This document shows, one piece after another, positions 29,917-38,520 of a stretch of DNA of 64,000 bases (position 1 is its first letter; each line of letters starts with the position of its first letter). This stretch comes from Nitrospirota bacterium. GTDB taxonomy: Bacteria > Nitrospirota > Nitrospiria > Nitrospirales > Nitrospiraceae. The notes under the pieces were generated by a model that made no database searches, had not been told where the DNA came from, and saw nothing but the letters and a program-made list of their open reading frames with translations. The stretch lies in NCBI GenBank assembly GCA_046734935.1, contig JBKPSD010000080.1, positions 2,605 to 66,604 on the forward strand. Direction: 5' to 3'. A program made the position numbers and the translations under genes.

Positions 29917-31230
29917 ATGCGAATCAGCGTATTTGGTCTTGGCTATGTCGGCTGCGTCTCTTCCGCCTGTTTCTCGGATCACGGCCACGACGTCGTCGGC
30001 GTGGATGTGAATCCCGTGAAGGTAGAGATCATCAACGACGGACGCTCACCGGTGGTCGAGCCGGGCGTCGAAGATCTGATCGGGCGGGCCGTCAAGGAGA
30101 AGCGTTTGCGGGCGACGACCGATGCGACGGAGGCGGTGCACAACACCGACCTTTCGTTGGTCTGCGTTGGGACGCCTGGCCGGCCCAACGGCTGTCTCGA
30201 TCTCTCGTATGTCAAGGGTGCCTGCAAGCAGATCGGAACGGCGTTGGAAAGCAAGCAGCGGTTTCATGTGGTCGCGATCCGGAGCACGATGTTGCCGGGG
30301 ACGATTGAGGAGACGGTCGTCCCCACCCTCGAAGTCTACTCGGGAAAGAAAAATGGCCGTGACTTCGGCGTCGCCATCAACCCGGAGTTTCTTCGGGAAG
30401 GGACGGCGATCGCCGATTTTCATCAGCCGCCGTTCACCTTGATCGGCTCGGACGATGAGGAAACCGGCGGCATGGTGGAGCGGCTCTATGCGCATCTCGA
30501 GGCCCCCGTGGTGAAAATCGGCGTCAAGGATGCCGAAATGGTGAAATATGTCTGCAACTGCTTTCACGGGTTAAAAGTCGCGTTCGCGAATGAGGTGGGA
30601 GCGCTGTGCAAGGCCTTCGGGATCGACAGCCACAAAGTCATGGACGTCTTTTGCAAGGACACGAAACTCAATCTGTCACCCTATTACCTGAAGCCCGGTT
30701 TTGCCTTCGGTGGGTCCTGCCTGCCAAAAGATCTGCGCGCGTTGACGTACCGGGCAAAGACCGCCGACGTGGATGTCGCCTTGTTGAATGCCGTTCTCTC
30801 GAGCAATCGCCGGCACATCGAACGGGCGGTCGATATGGTGCTCAGTACCGGGAAAAAACGCATCGGCGTGCTCGGGCTGAGCTTCAAGGCCGGCACCGAC
30901 GACTTGCGCGAAAGCCCCATGGTGGCGTTGATTGAGACGCTCATCGGCAAAGGCCTGCACGTGACGATCTTCGACCGCGAAGTGGAAGTGGCCCGGCTTT
31001 TCGGGGCGAACAAGGACTATATCGAAAAGGAAATTCCGCATATTTCATCATTGATGAAGCGCCGGCTGGACGAGGTGATCGATCAGTCCGACGTCCTCGT
31101 GCTTACCAAACGGTCGGACGAGTATCGCGCCGGGATTGAACAGGTCAACCATCCGCCCCTGATCATCGATCTTGCCCGCGTTCTCGATGAACGGCGATCG
31201 GATGCCGGATATCAGGGCATCGGGTGGTAA
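29917..31230 (+). CDS. algD: GDP-mannose 6-dehydrogenase (AlgD-like)
   Basis: MRISVFGLGYVG, NPEFLREG, YLKPGFAFGGSCLPKD, GLSFKAGTDDLRESP, GANKDYIEKEIPHISSL, GIGW end; closely parallels P. aeruginosa AlgD as recalled. Confidence 0.85.
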   Translation: MRISVFGLGYVGCVSSACFSDHGHDVVGVDVNPVKVEIINDGRSPVVEPGVEDLIGRAVKEKRLRATTDATEAVHNTDLSLVCVGTPGRPNGCLDLSYVKGACKQIGTALESKQRFHVVAIRSTMLPGTIEETVVPTLEVYSGKKNGRDFGVAINPEFLREGTAIADFHQPPFTLIGSDDEETGGMVERLYAHLEAPVVKIGVKDAEMVKYVCNCFHGLKVAFANEVGALCKAFGIDSHKVMDVFCKDTKLNLSPYYLKPGFAFGGSCLPKDLRALTYRAKTADVDVALLNAVLSSNRRHIERAVDMVLSTGKKRIGVLGLSFKAGTDDLRESPMVALIETLIGKGLHVTIFDREVEVARLFGANKDYIEKEIPHISSLMKRRLDEVIDQSDVLVLTKRSDEYRAGIEQVNHPPLIIDLARVLDERRSDAGYQGIGW

Positions 31231-31292
31231 GCCGCCATGCCTGTGGAGAGGGGACCGTGCGTTCAGGAGCACAACCTCCTGAGGAGGTGACG

Positions 31293-32963
31293 ATGTACGC
31301 CTTAGCCGCTGCAGCCGGAATTCTCGCCTTGGTGCTGACACCCGCGTTCGGGTGTGCCGCCGCCGCGCCAGCGGCCGAGCGTGGGGAATCCAGGCCGCCG
31401 GAGGCCCCCCGGGAGTATGTCGACACGACGCTTGTTCCGGCGACCGGGCAGACAATTCGTGTCCACGACGGCGACGATCTCCAAGATGCGATTGATGTTG
31501 CCCGGCCGGGGGACACGATCGTGCTCGACGCCGGCGCCACGTTCAAGGGACCGTTCACGCTGCCGAAAAAGGGCGGGACGGGCTGGGTGACGATCAGGAC
31601 AAGTACGCCGGACAAGGAATTTCCGGCTCCCGGCACGAGAGTCTCGCCGTCTCACGCGCCTTTAATGCCGAAGCTCATCGCCTGGAACGGGCAGGGGGTC
31701 ATCTTTGCGGATCCAGCGGCCCACCATTACCGGTTGATCGGCCTTGAGGTCGCCCCTTACGAAAAGGCATTTCTCCTTTCGTTGATGTGGTTCGGCACCA
31801 ACCGAGAACGGTCGGTTGAAGAACTGCCCCACCACATCATTGTCGACCGCTGCTACATACACGGCGATCCGAAAAAAGGTTCGAGACGGGGCGTGGCGTT
31901 GAACGGCAGGCATCTTGCCGTCATCGATTCCTATCTCTCGGACTTCAAAGAGGTCGGGGCGGATTCCCAGGCCATCCTCGGTTGGGGCGGCGCCGGACCG
32001 TTCAAGATCGCCAACAACTACCTGGAAGGCGCCGGTGAGAACATCATGTTCGGTGGCGGGGATCCGTACATTAAGGAACTGGTGCCCTCGGACATCGAAG
32101 TCCGGGGCAATCTGATGGTGAAACCGCTCCGCTGGAAAAAGAATGAGCCGGAATTTGAAGGCACGCCGTGGACCATCAAAAACATCTTCGAGCTGAAAAA
32201 CGCCCGGCGGGTAGTGGTCGAAGGCAACATACTGGAGCACAGCTGGGAGGAGGCCCAGAGCGGATTTGCCGTCCTGTTCACGGTGCGTAATCAGGATGGG
32301 AAGGCGCCCTGGGCCGTCGTCGAGGACGTGCGGTTCACCCACAACATCATTCGTCACAGCGGCAGCGGGTTAAGCCTGTTGGGACACGACAATAACAGGC
32401 CCCGGGATCAAACCGAGCTCACCAAGCGTATTCTTGTCCGAAACAATCTTTGGGAGGATATCGGCGGCGACCGCTGGGGTGGGAAGGGCATCCTGTTTCA
32501 AATGATCGAAGGGTCATCCGATGTGAGTATTGAACACAATACCGGTCTGCAACGCGGATACACACTGTTCGCGATGGGTCCTTCTCACCGGCGCTTTACG
32601 TTCCGCGGCAACATTGCCCCGCATAACGAGTACGGCATCTTTGGAAACGACGTCGGTGTGGGCACCGCGGCGCTGGACGCCTATTTTCCCGATGCCGTCG
32701 TGACTGACAACGTGCTCGCCGGTGGGGAGGCGCGCAGCTATCCGGACGGCAACGTGTTCCCGGATTCGCTCGAGGCCGTGCCCTTTGTGGATCGCAAAGC
32801 CGGTAACTACCGGTTGGCCAGCAGTATCAAGAATCTGAAAGGACCCGGCGTGGATGCCGGATCGTTGTGCGCCGCCCTCAGCCCTCAGGATGCCCAAGGA
32901 CAGCCGATCTGCGCCATGCGAACCGCCGGGAGCAGCCAAGGCCGCTCAATCGCGTCACAATGA
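31293..32963 (+). CDS. Exported right-handed beta-helix (pectin-lyase-fold) protein
   Basis: Signal peptide (possible lipobox AFGC), LQDAIDVARPGDTIVL, Asn-rich parallel-helix repeats (IANNYLEG, VEGNILE, IEHNT), FVDRKAGNYRL. Confidence 0.7.
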   Translation: MYALAAAAGILALVLTPAFGCAAAAPAAERGESRPPEAPREYVDTTLVPATGQTIRVHDGDDLQDAIDVARPGDTIVLDAGATFKGPFTLPKKGGTGWVTIRTSTPDKEFPAPGTRVSPSHAPLMPKLIAWNGQGVIFADPAAHHYRLIGLEVAPYEKAFLLSLMWFGTNRERSVEELPHHIIVDRCYIHGDPKKGSRRGVALNGRHLAVIDSYLSDFKEVGADSQAILGWGGAGPFKIANNYLEGAGENIMFGGGDPYIKELVPSDIEVRGNLMVKPLRWKKNEPEFEGTPWTIKNIFELKNARRVVVEGNILEHSWEEAQSGFAVLFTVRNQDGKAPWAVVEDVRFTHNIIRHSGSGLSLLGHDNNRPRDQTELTKRILVRNNLWEDIGGDRWGGKGILFQMIEGSSDVSIEHNTGLQRGYTLFAMGPSHRRFTFRGNIAPHNEYGIFGNDVGVGTAALDAYFPDAVVTDNVLAGGEARSYPDGNVFPDSLEAVPFVDRKAGNYRLASSIKNLKGPGVDAGSLCAALSPQDAQGQPICAMRTAGSSQGRSIASQ

Positions 32964-33025
32964 CGCGGCTTTACGATCACCATTCGTTCACCCTAATTTC
33001 ATTCATCGAGCGCGAGGTCTGACCA

Positions 33026-34273
33026 GTGGAATCGTTTACAATCGCTCACTTCCTGTTGACTGCATCCATCTCCCTGCTGGTGTACAGCTATGTCGGATAT
33101 CCGTTGGCCTTATGGCTTATCAGCCGATTCCGTCCGGTAGAACACACGATGAATGCCGATCCCGCGACGTGGCCGAATGTCAGCGTCGTGATTGCCGCGC
33201 ACAACGAAGAACAGGTCATTGGCCGCCGCATCGAAAATCTTTTGGCGTTGGACTATCCTGCCGAAAAGCTGCAGATCCTCATCGGCTCCGACGGATCGAC
33301 CGATCGGACAAGCGAAATCGTACGCTTGTACCGGCGTCCGAGACTTACCTTCCATGACTTCGCGCTTCAACGAGGGAAGGCCCAGGTCCTCAACGATCTG
33401 GTCGCGCTCGCCTGCGGAAAATATATCGTGTTTACGGACGCCAATACCTTTTTCGAGCCAAGCGCGGTGAAGGAGCTTATTCGGGGTTTCCGATTGACAC
33501 CTTCGGCCTGCGCGGTCGTCGGCAAACTGGAATTCCGGACTGCGGAAGGCACCGTCAACCCCGACACGTTTTATTGGCGCTACGAGACACTGCTCAAGAC
33601 GCTCGAATCCCGATTTGGGACGGTGCTCGGTGCGAACGGCGCCATTTACGCGATTAAACGGGCCTGGTTTCGCGCGCTGCCCGCGGGCACGATCGTCGAC
33701 GATTTTCTCATTCCCATGCTCATGCGGCTCGAGCGCGGTGGCTCGGTGATCTTCAGGCCCGCCGCCAAGGCATGGGAAATGGTGCCGGAAACGGTGAAAG
33801 ATGAGTTTCGACGCCGTGTTCGTATCGGGGCCGGCGATGCGCATGCGTTGCGGCATACATGGCGGCTCTTGCTGCCAAGCCAGGGCATGCTCGCTCTGAC
33901 CTATTGGTCACATAAGATCATCCGTTGGCTGGGCCCCGAGCTGCTACTGACTGCCTTCGTTGCGAATCTCTGGCTTATCGACCGCCCGTGGGAACGCCGT
34001 CTGTTCATCGCTCAACTGGCGTTCTATTCCGTGGGATTTGCGTCGTCCAGGCTCCGCAGGATACCCGTCATCGGCTGGCTGGCGACGGGGATTTGGTATT
34101 TCACGGTGTTGAATTCCGCGCTCTTGATTGGGACACTGAAATCCATGAGCGGGCGTGCCGCCCCTGTGTGGCAGCGGACGCCGCGCACCGCGGAGCGGAT
34201 GCAGCGTGTGTTGATGCATCGAGAGCAGACGGAAGCGGCCGTGCGATCCCAACGGGATTCGCCGGCCGCCTAG
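33026..34273 (+). CDS. Glycosyltransferase family 2 (membrane-anchored)
   Basis: YSYVGYP, VIAAHNEE, SDGSTD, FTDAN, GANGAIYA, DDF, EFRRRVRI, SHKIIRW. Confidence 0.9.
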   Translation: MESFTIAHFLLTASISLLVYSYVGYPLALWLISRFRPVEHTMNADPATWPNVSVVIAAHNEEQVIGRRIENLLALDYPAEKLQILIGSDGSTDRTSEIVRLYRRPRLTFHDFALQRGKAQVLNDLVALACGKYIVFTDANTFFEPSAVKELIRGFRLTPSACAVVGKLEFRTAEGTVNPDTFYWRYETLLKTLESRFGTVLGANGAIYAIKRAWFRALPAGTIVDDFLIPMLMRLERGGSVIFRPAAKAWEMVPETVKDEFRRRVRIGAGDAHALRHTWRLLLPSQGMLALTYWSHKIIRWLGPELLLTAFVANLWLIDRPWERRLFIAQLAFYSVGFASSRLRRIPVIGWLATGIWYFTVLNSALLIGTLKSMSGRAAPVWQRTPRTAERMQRVLMHREQTEAAVRSQRDSPAA

Positions 34274-34276
34274 CGG

Positions 34277-35659
34277 TCACTGGAATCTGAGGTTGGCAGG
34301 AGCAGCTGGTGGTGTGCTGTCGGTCCCGGTGATCAGGAGTTGTGAGGGAATTTTTACCAAGAACGCGTCCATGCGGCTGCCGCCGAGATTGGTCGTCCAA
34401 ATGAAGTACCGGCCCGTGATATCCAGGTTGCCTTTGGGTTGTTTCGCATACGCGTCACAGCAGCCGCCGGTCGCATTCGGATCGGTCATCACCGGCGCCA
34501 CGATGAGTTCATCGCCCGACCCGTCAATGCGGAAGCACGTGATTTCATTCTGTACTGCATAGTTGGTGGAGGCATCGCTCCCGCAGGCAATTTGCTGCGA
34601 TAACGGCACGTTGGGTTTGGCGTTGAGGTGAGAGATGTGGTTGACGGCTACGGTATTCCAGTTCACGTTGTAATGAACGGTCGGACCCTGGGCGATCGCG
34701 GGGCTAAAGGACCAGACCACGGACGCATTGGGAAGTGGATTATAGTTGTCTGCCCCCACCGCATAGCCGAATCCCGTATCTAGATGGCCCAAGGTGCCGT
34801 TCGGGCCATTGATTCTCGTCTCTTGGCCGGTCTGGTTGTCAAAGATGCGCATCGCGAGATCGCTGGGGACTCCGATATCCTCCAGGCTGATGGCCCAACG
34901 GCCGCTCTTGTCCAGATTGCATTCATCGAATCCGCCGATCTTTGGATACCACCGGTAGGTTTTAGTGGTCTCCATATAAACCATGCATCCCAGATATTCG
35001 CCGGTGCTGACGACGCGAAGAGTGGCACTGTGGACAAGGTCGTCGTTGCTGGAATGCGTCTGCCAGACCTGCCGATCGGCCCCGAATTTGGTCGACAGAT
35101 CAAAGACGGTTTCGAAGGTCTTGGTCATGACGTCATATCGAAGTAATTTGGGCCCGTCGGAGAGATACACGGTGTTCGGTCGTGTGGCGCTGAAGTACCA
35201 GCCCTCGCCGGTGTAGTTCACGAACTTGCTGCCCGAGGGGAACATCGGCCCGACTTTCGTGATCGTGTCCGTGGTCTTGTCCAGCTTGAACAGGGTCGGT
35301 CCGGCTCCGCCGCGGGCATTGTTCAGTCCGAGAAAAATCAACATCTCGTTGCTGTTTTGATGGGCATTGGTGTTGCGCCAGTATGAATAGCCGACGTACC
35401 AGACGCAGTCCTGACCGGCGCAATCCGTGGCGTCGGTGATTCTCACGGCCCGGGTGCCGTAGGGAGCTGGCATGGTGAACGTTCCGCGCTGCGAGGGAAC
35501 GAATGACTGGATTTGACTGACGGTCATGCGCGAGCGAGAGGCGGTACCATCCTTTTCGATCCAACCTCCAGGAAACGAGTTGGTCGTTTGAGCCACAGCC
35601 CCGGACGCTGCGGCGATCACAAATCCCCCCAATAGCAGCCAGAGCGAGCGTTTCGACAT
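34277..35659 (-). CDS. Secreted protein, putative beta-propeller (oligogalacturonate-lyase-like termini)
   Basis: Signal peptide, PYGTRAVRITD, C-terminal KGNLDITGRYFIWTTN...DAFLVKIP, tail PPAAPANLRFQ. GGAGGAGG RBS. The fold is inferred. Confidence 0.65.
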   Translation of the reverse strand: MSKRSLWLLLGGFVIAAASGAVAQTTNSFPGGWIEKDGTASRSRMTVSQIQSFVPSQRGTFTMPAPYGTRAVRITDATDCAGQDCVWYVGYSYWRNTNAHQNSNEMLIFLGLNNARGGAGPTLFKLDKTTDTITKVGPMFPSGSKFVNYTGEGWYFSATRPNTVYLSDGPKLLRYDVMTKTFETVFDLSTKFGADRQVWQTHSSNDDLVHSATLRVVSTGEYLGCMVYMETTKTYRWYPKIGGFDECNLDKSGRWAISLEDIGVPSDLAMRIFDNQTGQETRINGPNGTLGHLDTGFGYAVGADNYNPLPNASVVWSFSPAIAQGPTVHYNVNWNTVAVNHISHLNAKPNVPLSQQIACGSDASTNYAVQNEITCFRIDGSGDELIVAPVMTDPNATGGCCDAYAKQPKGNLDITGRYFIWTTNLGGSRMDAFLVKIPSQLLITGTDSTPPAAPANLRFQ

Positions 35660-35718
35660 ATCCATCCTCCTCCGATCATTCCGATGAGCAGGGGAGCGCC
35701 CATGCGCCCATGATGACC

Positions 35719-35732
35719 TAGGGGTAACCCTA
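35719..35732. promoter_or_regulatory. TAGG-N6-CCTA box in divergent promoter region
   Basis: TAGGGGTAACCCTA, a near-perfect palindrome. Confidence 0.55.
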
Positions 35733-35762
35733 GCACTGCTGGACAAGCGGAGGATGAATGTG

Positions 35763-35812
35763 GGTAAATCGATTGTGTGAGAGGGGGAAACTTTACGTAA
35801 GGGAAACGTAAA
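35763..35812. promoter_or_regulatory. 11-bp-phased GTAAA direct repeats
   Basis: GGTAAA 35763, GGGAAA 35785, CGTAAG 35796, CGTAAA 35807. Confidence 0.5.
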
Positions 35813-35817
35813 AAGTT

Positions 35818-36621
35818 ATGGAGCCGCTGTCCCCCATGACGTGGACTCAGTTGCGGGAACTCTGGAGGGCCGATCTCTATCGGCACACCGCCGAAACATC
35901 CTGGCGGCATTTGCTTATCCACGTGCTCTTCTCTGACGGGGGCGAGCGTTTCAACGATGGCGTCAAGTACATGTTTTATCTGCGGCTGTGCCGCTATTTG
36001 AAAACGCACCGGCCACGATGGCTCGTGTGGCCGTTGTACCGGGTCGCGATGCGGATCTTCACACATTACAAGTACAAATTCGGATGTTTGATCCCGCATA
36101 CCACGATGATTGGCGCCGGTCTCTACCTCGGCCACGTGCGCGACATCATCATCAACGAGCAAGCTGTCATTGGAGAAAATTGCAATATCAGCCAGGGCGT
36201 GACGATCGGACAGGCCAACCGCGGCCGCCGCAGGGGCACGCCCGTCATCGGCCGCAATGTCTACATCGGGCCGGGCGCGAAAATCGTGGGGGCGGTGCAT
36301 GTGGGAAACAATGTGGCGATTGGGGCAAACTGCGTCGTCACGGACGATGTGCCGGACCACGCGGTGGTAGTCGGTATTCCGGGAAAAGTGATCTCGTTTG
36401 CAGGGTCGGCCGGCTATGTGAATCGCACGGATTATTCCGGCAGCCACGAGACCGAACTGCGGCGCGCCGAGCGATGCCTGACGGATGACATGCCGCATGT
36501 TGGGGCGACGGCGGTGTCGGCGGCGGTGGAGAAAGGACCCGGAAGCGCCTCGGTGGAGGACGCCTGTGACGTTATTCAGGAAGCGCGGGATCGAGCCGGT
36601 AGCCCACGTTCCGCACGGTGA
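35818..36621 (+). CDS. Serine O-acetyltransferase-like hexapeptide acyltransferase
   Basis: IGAGLYLGH, IGENCNISQGVTIG, PVIGRNVYIGPGAKIVG, IGANCVV..DVP, VGIPGKVI. Confidence 0.88.
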   Translation: MEPLSPMTWTQLRELWRADLYRHTAETSWRHLLIHVLFSDGGERFNDGVKYMFYLRLCRYLKTHRPRWLVWPLYRVAMRIFTHYKYKFGCLIPHTTMIGAGLYLGHVRDIIINEQAVIGENCNISQGVTIGQANRGRRRGTPVIGRNVYIGPGAKIVGAVHVGNNVAIGANCVVTDDVPDHAVVVGIPGKVISFAGSAGYVNRTDYSGSHETELRRAERCLTDDMPHVGATAVSAAVEKGPGSASVEDACDVIQEARDRAGSPRSAR

Positions 36622-37264
36622 AGATGCGGCGACCTTCCGGACCCAGCTTGTTTCGGAGGCTGCGGATATGGACGTCGATGGTGCGCGATTGGAGATCTGC
36701 GTCCTTGCTGGCGCCCCACACCGATTCGAACAAGGCATCGCGGCTGAGGACCCTTCCATTGGTCATCAACAATGCCCGGAGCAGGCTGAATTCCTTCGAT
36801 GTCAGATGAATCGGTTTTCCCCGTAGCGTGACCTGATAGCGATCAAGCTCCATCTCGAGCGAGCCTACCTTGAGCACCCGCGCTGGATCCGTGGGGGCCG
36901 ATCGCCGGAGCCGCCCTTTGACGCGCGCGATCAATTCGTTGGCCTGAAACGGTTTCGTCATGTAGTCATCGGCCCCGATCTCGAGGCCGATGACCTTGTC
37001 GCGCTCTTCGTCTTTTCCGCTGAGCACGATCACGGGTAGATGAGCCGTGATCGGATCCTGCCGCACCCGCCGTAGTACTTCCAGCCCGTCCAGACCCGGC
37101 AGAATGAGATCGAGCAGCATGAGGTCGGGTTTCTCGCGGCGAACGGCTTCCAGCGCCTCGGGCCCGTCCTGTGCGACGGTCACTTCGAATCCCTCCCGTT
37201 GCAGCAGGCTGCGGAGGAGGTCGACGACGCTGTCCATGTCTTCGACGACGAGGATTTTTGCCAT
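36572..37264 (-). CDS. OmpR/PhoB-family response regulator
   Basis: KILVVED, LLDLILPGLDG, GADDYMTKPF; winged helix LTSKEF..L, SRTIDVHIRSLRNKL, TVRNVGYRL. Confidence 0.93.
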   Translation of the reverse strand: MAKILVVEDMDSVVDLLRSLLQREGFEVTVAQDGPEALEAVRREKPDLMLLDLILPGLDGLEVLRRVRQDPITAHLPVIVLSGKDEERDKVIGLEIGADDYMTKPFQANELIARVKGRLRRSAPTDPARVLKVGSLEMELDRYQVTLRGKPIHLTSKEFSLLRALLMTNGRVLSRDALFESVWGASKDADLQSRTIDVHIRSLRNKLGPEGRRIFTVRNVGYRLDPALPE

Positions 37265-37270
37265 GGAGTC

Positions 37271-37990
37271 TTAGGGTTCGATCAACCGGCGGCGGATCGA
37301 GTATCGTACGAGGCTCGCGGTGTCGTGAAGATCCAACTTGTCCATAATCCGATGACGGTGCGACTCCGCCGTTTTCACGCTCACGCCCAACAGGCCCGCG
37401 ACTTTTTTGGTCGTCATGCCCTGCGCGACGAGCTGCAGCACTTCGCGCTCGCGGCTTGTCAGCGGGTCCGACGGAATATCGCTTTTCGCCAGGAAAGCCT
37501 GGATGACGGTCTGTGAAATGCCGGGGCTCAGATAAAAGGATCCTTTCGAGACGTCACGGATCGCATGGACGACGTCGGTGACCGGCTGGGATTTGAGCAG
37601 ATAGCCTTTGACGCCGACTTTCAGCGCCTCCAACACGAAGGCATCGTCCGTGTGCATCGTGAGCAGCAGAGATTTCGTTCCCGGAGAAACCCGGCGAATC
37701 TCGCGAACAACGTCGAGTCCGTTGAGCAACGGCATCATGACGTCGATTACCGCGACGTCGGGTTGGGTGTCTTCGGCCATCCGAACGGCCTCCCGTCCGT
37801 CGGCCGCTTCGCCGACAACCGTCACCCCATAGGTCTCGATCAGCGCTTTCACGCCTTGCCTGAGCAACGTGTGATCGTCGGCTAATAGCAAGCGGCAGGA
37901 AACGAGCGCTGTGGCAGGCTCGGCGCCTCGAGCGTCGAGACGGCTCGTCCGCGGAGGCGGCATGACCTGTGCTGGACTCCGAGAGATCAC
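37271..37990 (-). CDS. NarL/FixJ-family response regulator
   Basis: LLADDH, IDVMMPLLNG, LTMH, GYLLK; LuxR HTH LTSREREVLQL...SVKTAESHR. GTG start after AAGGAG. Confidence 0.93.
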   Translation of the reverse strand: MISRSPAQVMPPPRTSRLDARGAEPATALVSCRLLLADDHTLLRQGVKALIETYGVTVVGEAADGREAVRMAEDTQPDVAVIDVMMPLLNGLDVVREIRRVSPGTKSLLLTMHTDDAFVLEALKVGVKGYLLKSQPVTDVVHAIRDVSKGSFYLSPGISQTVIQAFLAKSDIPSDPLTSREREVLQLVAQGMTTKKVAGLLGVSVKTAESHRHRIMDKLDLHDTASLVRYSIRRRLIEP

Positions 37991-38156
37991 GCAAAGCTCC
38001 TTTCGTTGCGGTACATGCATGCGCGATGACTTGGGCATCCGCGCAATAACCCCTGGAGATGTCGGCGAATTCTCCGCCGAGTTTCCCCTGGGACCGGCGA
38101 GTCTCGCGTCAACACTTACCCCGCCACTGTGTCATACGATCCGCCTCATTGGCACC

Positions 38157-38170
38157 TAGGGAAGCGCCTA
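38157..38170. promoter_or_regulatory. TAGG-N6-CCTA box between the NarL gene and the Cys4 protein gene
   Basis: TAGGGAAGCGCCTA. Confidence 0.5.
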
Positions 38171-38226
38171 GTTGGACGGCCTGCAAAAGAACTCTAGAGT
38201 GACCGTCGTTCAGAGGAGAAAATTCC

Positions 38227-38460
38227 ATGGTGACTGTTCCGACGTTGGCCGTTTGCTGTGTCTGTAAGCACGTCGCGCAGAGCGGAATTCCGTCTTCCTC
38301 GTGGACGCCGATGTCCGCGTTTCTCGAGCGGCATCAACTCCGACCGATCGATGTCCGGTTGACCCACACCTACTGTCCGGTCTGTTACGAGCAGCAAGCC
38401 CAAGCCTGGGCCATCGGCGGCAAGGACCGTGCTGACGAGACCACACCCCGCGCTGCCTAG
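38227..38460 (+). CDS. Small stand-alone Cys4 (putative Zn-binding) protein
   Basis: CCVC...W...LTHTYCPVC. GAGGAG RBS. Confidence 0.7.
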   Translation: MVTVPTLAVCCVCKHVAQSGIPSSSWTPMSAFLERHQLRPIDVRLTHTYCPVCYEQQAQAWAIGGKDRADETTPRAA

Positions 38461-38520
38461 CCTCTCCTCGACGCTCCTCCACCGGCGTACCTTCTCCCTT
38501 TCTGCTGCACATACAATCCT

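Noticed and set aside
29917-31230. Alginate biosynthesis operon
   Set aside because: Only algD is present; no alg8, alg44, algK or algE, and the context is Wzx/Wzy.
38149-38166. TTGGCAC as a sigma54 promoter
   Set aside because: GG-to-GC spacing is off by one and the -12 TTGC is absent.
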